Shown one piece after another: positions 61,648 to 64,000 of a DNA stretch of 64,000 nucleotides (the stretch's first letter is position 1; each line of letters starts with the position of its first letter). The position numbers and the translations under genes are program-made. A model generated the notes under the pieces. That model was given only the letters and a program-made list of their open reading frames with translations. It did no database searches and was not told the DNA's origin. The stretch is taken from NCBI GenBank assembly GCA_030704615.1, contig CM060732.1, positions 57,040,001 to 57,104,000 on the forward strand. The letters are read 5' to 3'. The DNA is from Takakia lepidozioides. Its lineage: Eukaryota > Plantae > Bryophyta.

Positions 61648-62590
61648 ATTTGTCTTCTGGACTTGTTTGGCGGGATCAGCACCGGATTGGCTGCTGTTAC
61701 AGGCAGGTGTACGAGTTCGGCGTTACCTGTATGTGGAGAGGGATGAGACTGCACGACGCGTTTCACTTCGCCATGTTGCTCTTGGTGCAGCGGTACCCTG
61801 AGTTGTTGTCGGTGTCTGCAATTCGTGGATATCAGCAGGCCTTGCCAGCAGACATTTCGTTGCTGGGGGCGCAGGATTTGGAGCGGGTTGGCTCCATTGA
61901 TCTGGTAGTGGCAGGTTGGCCCTGCCAAGGGCATTCATCAGCCGGGCATGGCAATGGATTGCGAGACTCGAGGTCGGGTCTGTTTTGGGAGATGGTGCGG
62001 GTTTTGCGCCACTTGCAGCTTCATCAAGCTGTATCTCCAGCATACATCTTGGAGAATGTGCCACTGATGGGCGATTCTCGGGCCAGGGTGATGGCCAGTG
62101 TGCATCAAGTCCGGTCGTGGCTTGGGTCAGCAGTGTTGCTAGATGCAGCTACAGTGGGGTCACGGGCTCATCGTCCACGGCTATGGTGGACTAACTTGAT
62201 GCCACCCGCACTGCTCAAGCGTGCATTTGATGGGGTGCAGCGGCCAGCACATCTCACAGTGGATAACATTCTGGACACAGGGAGGCAGTCTCAACGTGTG
62301 AGACACGATGACCGTTCGCCTTTGGCAGTGGTCAACAAGGTGGGTCAACCACGAGCAGCATTACCTACACTGCTCAGCTTCCCAGGATCGCATGCTTTCC
62401 GGGATAGTGGACCTGGCCTCCTGTGGGATGCTCAGTTGCAGCAGTTAGTGGAGCCTAATGCTGACGAGCGTGAGCGGGCAATGGGTTTTACCACTGGTAC
62501 CACGGCGGTGTCGTCTCTTTCTGAGGCATCACGTCGTCAAGTGTTGGGGCAAGCAATGGATCTCAATTGCTTGACCTGGATTATCAGCTT
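61648..62590 (+). pseudogene. Copy 2 DNMT3-like C5 cytosine methyltransferase domain; catalytic motifs intact, two N-terminal frameshifts
   Basis: ICLLDLFGGISTGL (I), RYLYVERD (II), IDLVVAGWPCQGHS (IV), YILENVP (VI), AHRPRLWWTNL (VIII), ERERAMGF (IX), RRQVLGQAMD (X). Confidence 0.9.
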
Positions 62591-63029
62591 GGCTCTGGCT
62601 GAGCAACGCAGAGTGCGGAGTACACTTCCCTCAATGGTCTCTCTGCCTACCGAGACGGTACAGGCAGTGAGTGGGGGCGAGCATGTGAGGACCACGGGGT
62701 GCATGCATCCATGGCACACGTGGGAGGTGCTCGAGGTTCAGAGGGAGTTGGCAGCCAAGGCGCTGTGATGGATGAGGTTGGGGATTCTTCTCGGGTTGAG
62801 GAGGTCCTCAAGGATGAGATGATGGGGCAGGATGAGGCCTTGTCATTGACTGAGCAGGCAGGGAGTACTGCTCAAGAGGTTGCAACATAGCAACCACTGG
62901 ACGCGTCCTCTACCTCTAAGCCCACTGGACTTAAGGTTGCAGTTACGGAGGACAATTGGGAGCCTGACATTGGACCCATTGTCACCGGAGGAGAGAGACG
63001 ACGTACGGCGGTTCCTGAGGGCTTACAGG

Positions 63030-64000
63030 AATTGCTTTGCCTTCAGTTTGAAGGACTTGGGAGCACTGAAGGGTCAAGAGATCCGTATTGAGTTGGCCAC
63101 TGACACGCCAATCTTTCGGAGACCCTATAGATACAGTGACATGGAGAGGTCTTTGATTCAGATGAGGACTCAAGATCTCTGGGAGGCAGGTTTGGTGGAG
63201 CTCTCTGGTGGAGAGTATGCTTCAGCCACAGTGATGCCAGCCAAGAAGGATGTCTATGGCAATTGGACGGAGAGACGTATGTGCGGTGATTACCGGCCTG
63301 TAAATCGTCAGACCAAGTCCGATAAGTATGCCATGCCAACACCAGAGGAGATCTTTGATGCCATCGGGCATGCTAAGGCCTTTAGCACTTTGGATTTACG
63401 ATCCGGATATCACCAGTTGCCAATCAAGGAGGCGGACAAGCAGAAGACGGCATTCTGGGGGATCAATGAGCACGGCAAGGATTGCCTATATCAGTGGCGG
63501 TTCTTACCATTTGGGCTTAAGAATGCTCCTGCAGAGTTTCAGAGAGTCATGGATAGGATTCTAGCAGGGGTGGACTTTGCTCGGTGCTACATAGATGACA
63601 TCATCATCTTTAGTGTTACGATGGAGGAGCATGAGAGACACCTTCAGGTGGTATTGGAGCGCTTGAGAGCGCACGGATTGAAGTTGCATCCGGGGAAGTG
63701 CAAGTTTTTCCACAACCAGATTGAGTATCTGGGTCACATGATATATCCTGGAGGATTGGGGGTACAGCAGACTAAGGTAGAGGCCATTGCACAAATTCCA
63801 CGCCCCACGGATGTGAGCCGAGTTCGAGCTTTCATGGGGTTGGCAAACTATTATAGACGGTTTGTCAAGGGATTTAGTACCATTGCAAAGGCTCTAACCA
63901 AGCTGACCAAGGTGGACCAGGAGTGGCAGTGGGAAGATGAGCAGGAACGAGCTTTTCAAGAGCTCAAGGCGAGGTTGACCTCGGCGCCTATCTTGAGACG
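63030..64000 (+). CDS. Copy 2 reverse transcriptase (partial, runs off window)
   Basis: RMCGDYRPVN, LDLRSGYHQ, LPFGLKNAPAEFQR, YIDDIIIF and FMGLANYYRRFV read on + from the nucleotide sequence. Confidence 0.9.

Larger units (their letters stand above)
55869..64000 (+). mobile_element. DNMT-Gypsy family copy 2 (diverged subfamily), 5' portion; runs off the window within RT/connection
   Basis: Starts with a B-like repeat TGTCAAG..TATCA (55869-56182). A repeat-rich leader is followed by gag, PR, DNMT and RT, collinear with copy 1. Confidence 0.88.

Overview
Eukaryotic, TE-rich window from what is most likely a seed-free land plant. The inference rests on a GT92 galactan synthase and PLS-type PPR remnants together with the motile-cilia genes WDR92 and an LRRC46-like gene. 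The first ~14 kb is a gene island: GALS-like, SmD1, LRRC46-like and an intronless WDR92. The remainder is nested transposons plus pseudogenes (RPL27, PPR). The main discovery is a family of Ty3/Gypsy retrotransposons with three copies here. Its polyprotein reads gag-protease-DNMT3-like C5 cytosine methyltransferase-RT-RNaseH-DDE integrase-PHD finger. Its termini are not ordinary LTRs: the element starts with repeat B and ends with A-gc-B-t-A (split direct repeats, as in tyrosine-recombinase Ngaro/PAT elements), has no tRNA PBS and makes a 4-bp TSD. Also present are a self-priming Tcn1/Tf1-type chromovirus nested in that element and a CACTA transposon whose second gene is divergently oriented and carries an FCP1/NIF HAD-phosphatase domain. 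All family assignments come from motif recognition by eye; no database search was run.
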